64,000 nucleotides of DNA from positions 2,080,001 through 2,144,000 of the forward strand of contig CAVTTL010000001.1 of NCBI GenBank assembly GCA_963737635.1. Direction: 5' to 3'. The position numbers and the translations under genes are program-made. This document shows, one piece after another, positions 62,252-64,000 of this stretch. How positions within the stretch are numbered: position 1 is the first letter of the stretch; each line of letters opens with the position of its first letter. The notes under the pieces are model-generated. The model was not told the origin of the DNA. It saw nothing but the letters and a program-made list of their open reading frames with translations, and did not search any database. This DNA is from an uncultured Methanoregulaceae archaeon (GTDB lineage: Archaea; Halobacteriota; Methanomicrobia; Methanomicrobiales; Methanospirillaceae).

Positions 62252-62500
62252 CTTAGGTATTATTTATACTTTGTTAGAGAGAGGCAAGTTATCGGCAGTT
62301 ATTGATGTGGGCGTATCACCACCCTTTAACTTATCAGAACAGGGCATCACCTATCCAGCATTAACCGCAGAAGTTCCACAATCACGTTCTGACGATAAAA
62401 TTCCCTGGGGATGGGGGAAATGTGGCACAAAGGGAAAGAGACCTTTTGAGGCATCTATGCAGGGACCGGTTCACCCTGCTCCAGTTGCCTCCGGGACCGG

Positions 62501-63361
62501 TCACTCCTTCAAGAGGTCATCAAGGCCAATTGAGATCAGGTCAGCATGTATTGTCTTGGCAATGAAGGGCAGAGCGGCCCCGGGGGAAATGCCGAGTTCA
62601 TCGAGAACCCGCTCAGCGAAAACCTGTGGATCTGTATATTCCGGGCGTTCGGACGCGGTTTTCTTCACGGCAGCATGAATGCGCCCTATGTATGCAAGGG
62701 AGTCTTTCAAACGCCGGTATGCCGCTTTCCCTTCAGCGGGAGTATCGTGTGCGGGAAAGTAGTGCCTGATCCCCGGAATTCCTTTGAGCCGCTGGATCGA
62801 ACGGACAAGTGCCACCGGGTCCGTGTAGAATGGCCCTGAAAACCCGGGGGTCTGTACCGTGTCCCCGGTAAAGAGTGCCATCTCTTCTCTAAGGAGCAAA
62901 GAGATGGATCCCGGCGAGTGACCTGGCGTATGAAACACTTCAAGAGTGAGTCCTTTCCCGAGGCTCATGGTGTCACCACCTTTCAGGTGCCTGCTGATCG
63001 TAACAGGCCCGCCCACCATGGGTGGGACCCCGGGTGCCGGGCTTTTCAGCATCATCGGGTCAACGTTCTCGATTGCAGGGGCGTCCAGTGACTGAGCAGC
63101 GACCACGCAGCCTGTCAGATCATGGATTGCTTTTGCAGCACCGATATGGTCAGGATGCGAGTGGGTCAGGACGATGAGGTTGATATCGGAGGGATCCCGG
63201 CCGGTCGAGCGGATATCTTCATAGATCAGCTTCTCAGACCCGTTGACCCCGGTATCGATCAGGGTGATGCGGTCCCCGTAGACGAGGTATACGTTCACAA
63301 ACCGGTCTGGCGTCGTCCCTAGGAGGATTCTGATAGCGTGGATGTGCGGTGTAATCTCCAT
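62501..63361 (-). CDS. MBL-fold metallo-hydrolase
   Basis: LIDTG, THSHPDHIG, HTPGHSPG, FTGD, PAH. Confidence 0.9.
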   Translation of the reverse strand: MEITPHIHAIRILLGTTPDRFVNVYLVYGDRITLIDTGVNGSEKLIYEDIRSTGRDPSDINLIVLTHSHPDHIGAAKAIHDLTGCVVAAQSLDAPAIENVDPMMLKSPAPGVPPMVGGPVTISRHLKGGDTMSLGKGLTLEVFHTPGHSPGSISLLLREEMALFTGDTVQTPGFSGPFYTDPVALVRSIQRLKGIPGIRHYFPAHDTPAEGKAAYRRLKDSLAYIGRIHAAVKKTASERPEYTDPQVFAERVLDELGISPGAALPFIAKTIHADLISIGLDDLLKE

Positions 63362-63479
63362 TGAAATACCTACATCGATCTCAACCACTCATCCTTAAAA
63401 ACAAATCTCATACGAGAGGACACGGGGGTAGTCAATCCCCGGCCCGGTAGCGGAGTTCTTCTCTTTTCATGTCCTGCAG

Positions 63480-63558
63480 GGCTCTGTAAAATCTGCGGGT
63501 GGTGACCTATTTTCCTCGACGATGGCTTAATGCAACTACCCGTAGACTTGACAGAGTC
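63480..63558. mobile_element. 79-bp MITE-like element, copy 2
   Basis: GGCTCTGTAAAATC...GACTTGACAGAGTC, same orientation as copy 1. Confidence 0.7.
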
Positions 63559-63673
63559 GATCAAAACACATTTTATTATATCGGTAAGCCCGGAGATTTT
63601 CCATTAAAATTTTTTAAAGTTACTAATAGTAAGTATAATTAATTCAAATAGCAATCCTATATTACCGATACCT

Positions 63674-64000
63674 ATGCCCAAACTGTTTCCGGGGTACAAA
63701 GACGAAATCAGGAAAAAAATCGTAAGCGAGGCCTTTCCGATATTCCTTGAGAAAGGTTTTGAAAAGACCATGATGGACGATATAGCTGCTCGGCTTGGGG
63801 TGACAAAGCCGGCAATCTACCGTTACTACAAAAACAAGGAGGAACTTTTCATCGCTTCAATGGGCGAGACGATGTTGGGGGCATACAGGACGATTTTTGC
63901 CACTTCCTTTGCATCGGACAACCCGATTACCAGCGCCGGAAATTTTTTCGATGCCCTCCTTGTGATCAGCAGTAAATATTCAATTATCAGGAAGGATTTG
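63674..64000 (+). CDS. TetR-family regulator, 3'-truncated by window edge
   Basis: EKGFEKTMMDDIAARLGVTKPAIYRYYKNKEELF. Confidence 0.9.
   Translation, partial: MPKLFPGYKDEIRKKIVSEAFPIFLEKGFEKTMMDDIAARLGVTKPAIYRYYKNKEELFIASMGETMLGAYRTIFATSFASDNPITSAGNFFDALLVISSKYSIIRKDL

Noticed and set aside
62208-62678. 156-aa ORF starting MYLKIYLKHLKIYL
   Set aside because: Artefact of translating the palindromic operator; it overlaps the MBL gene on the opposite strand.
1-64000. CRISPR array, tRNA or rRNA genes
   Set aside because: No regularly spaced identical repeats with unique spacers, and no tRNA or rRNA signatures seen by eye.

Overview
Archaeal DNA of about 55% GC (by eye), most consistent with a Methanomicrobiales methanogen (Methanoregula-like): it carries TBP, TFS, archaeosortase A, F420-type FdhAB, methanofuran mfnD/mfnF and an mre11-rad50-nurA-herA operon. 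Bases 1-46000 are mostly core or metabolic genes. These include modABC, an unusual kdp operon (KdpC fused to KdpA, KdpD without a kinase domain), acs/acd, and a fluoride riboswitch ahead of crcB-crcB-DUF190. From about 46000 the window is accessory. (i) Three extra partial copies of the mre11 5' end, two of them including its promoter, separate single cargo genes (KilA-N, AAA/DUF4143 ATPase, serine hydrolase), which looks like repeated integration at mre11. (ii) A sharply AT-rich, translationally coupled three-gene operon follows: calcineurin-like phosphoesterase-wHTH, ORC/CDC6/STAND-like ATPase and a putative tandem CARF-like Rossmann protein. This is the best candidate for an uncharacterised defence or conflict system. 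(iii) Two 79-bp MITE-like elements with IS6-like ends bracket a 3.5-kb MBL-hydrolase/PadR block. Eight single-base frameshifts, including one in rad50, most likely reflect assembly errors. No tRNA, rRNA or CRISPR array was seen.
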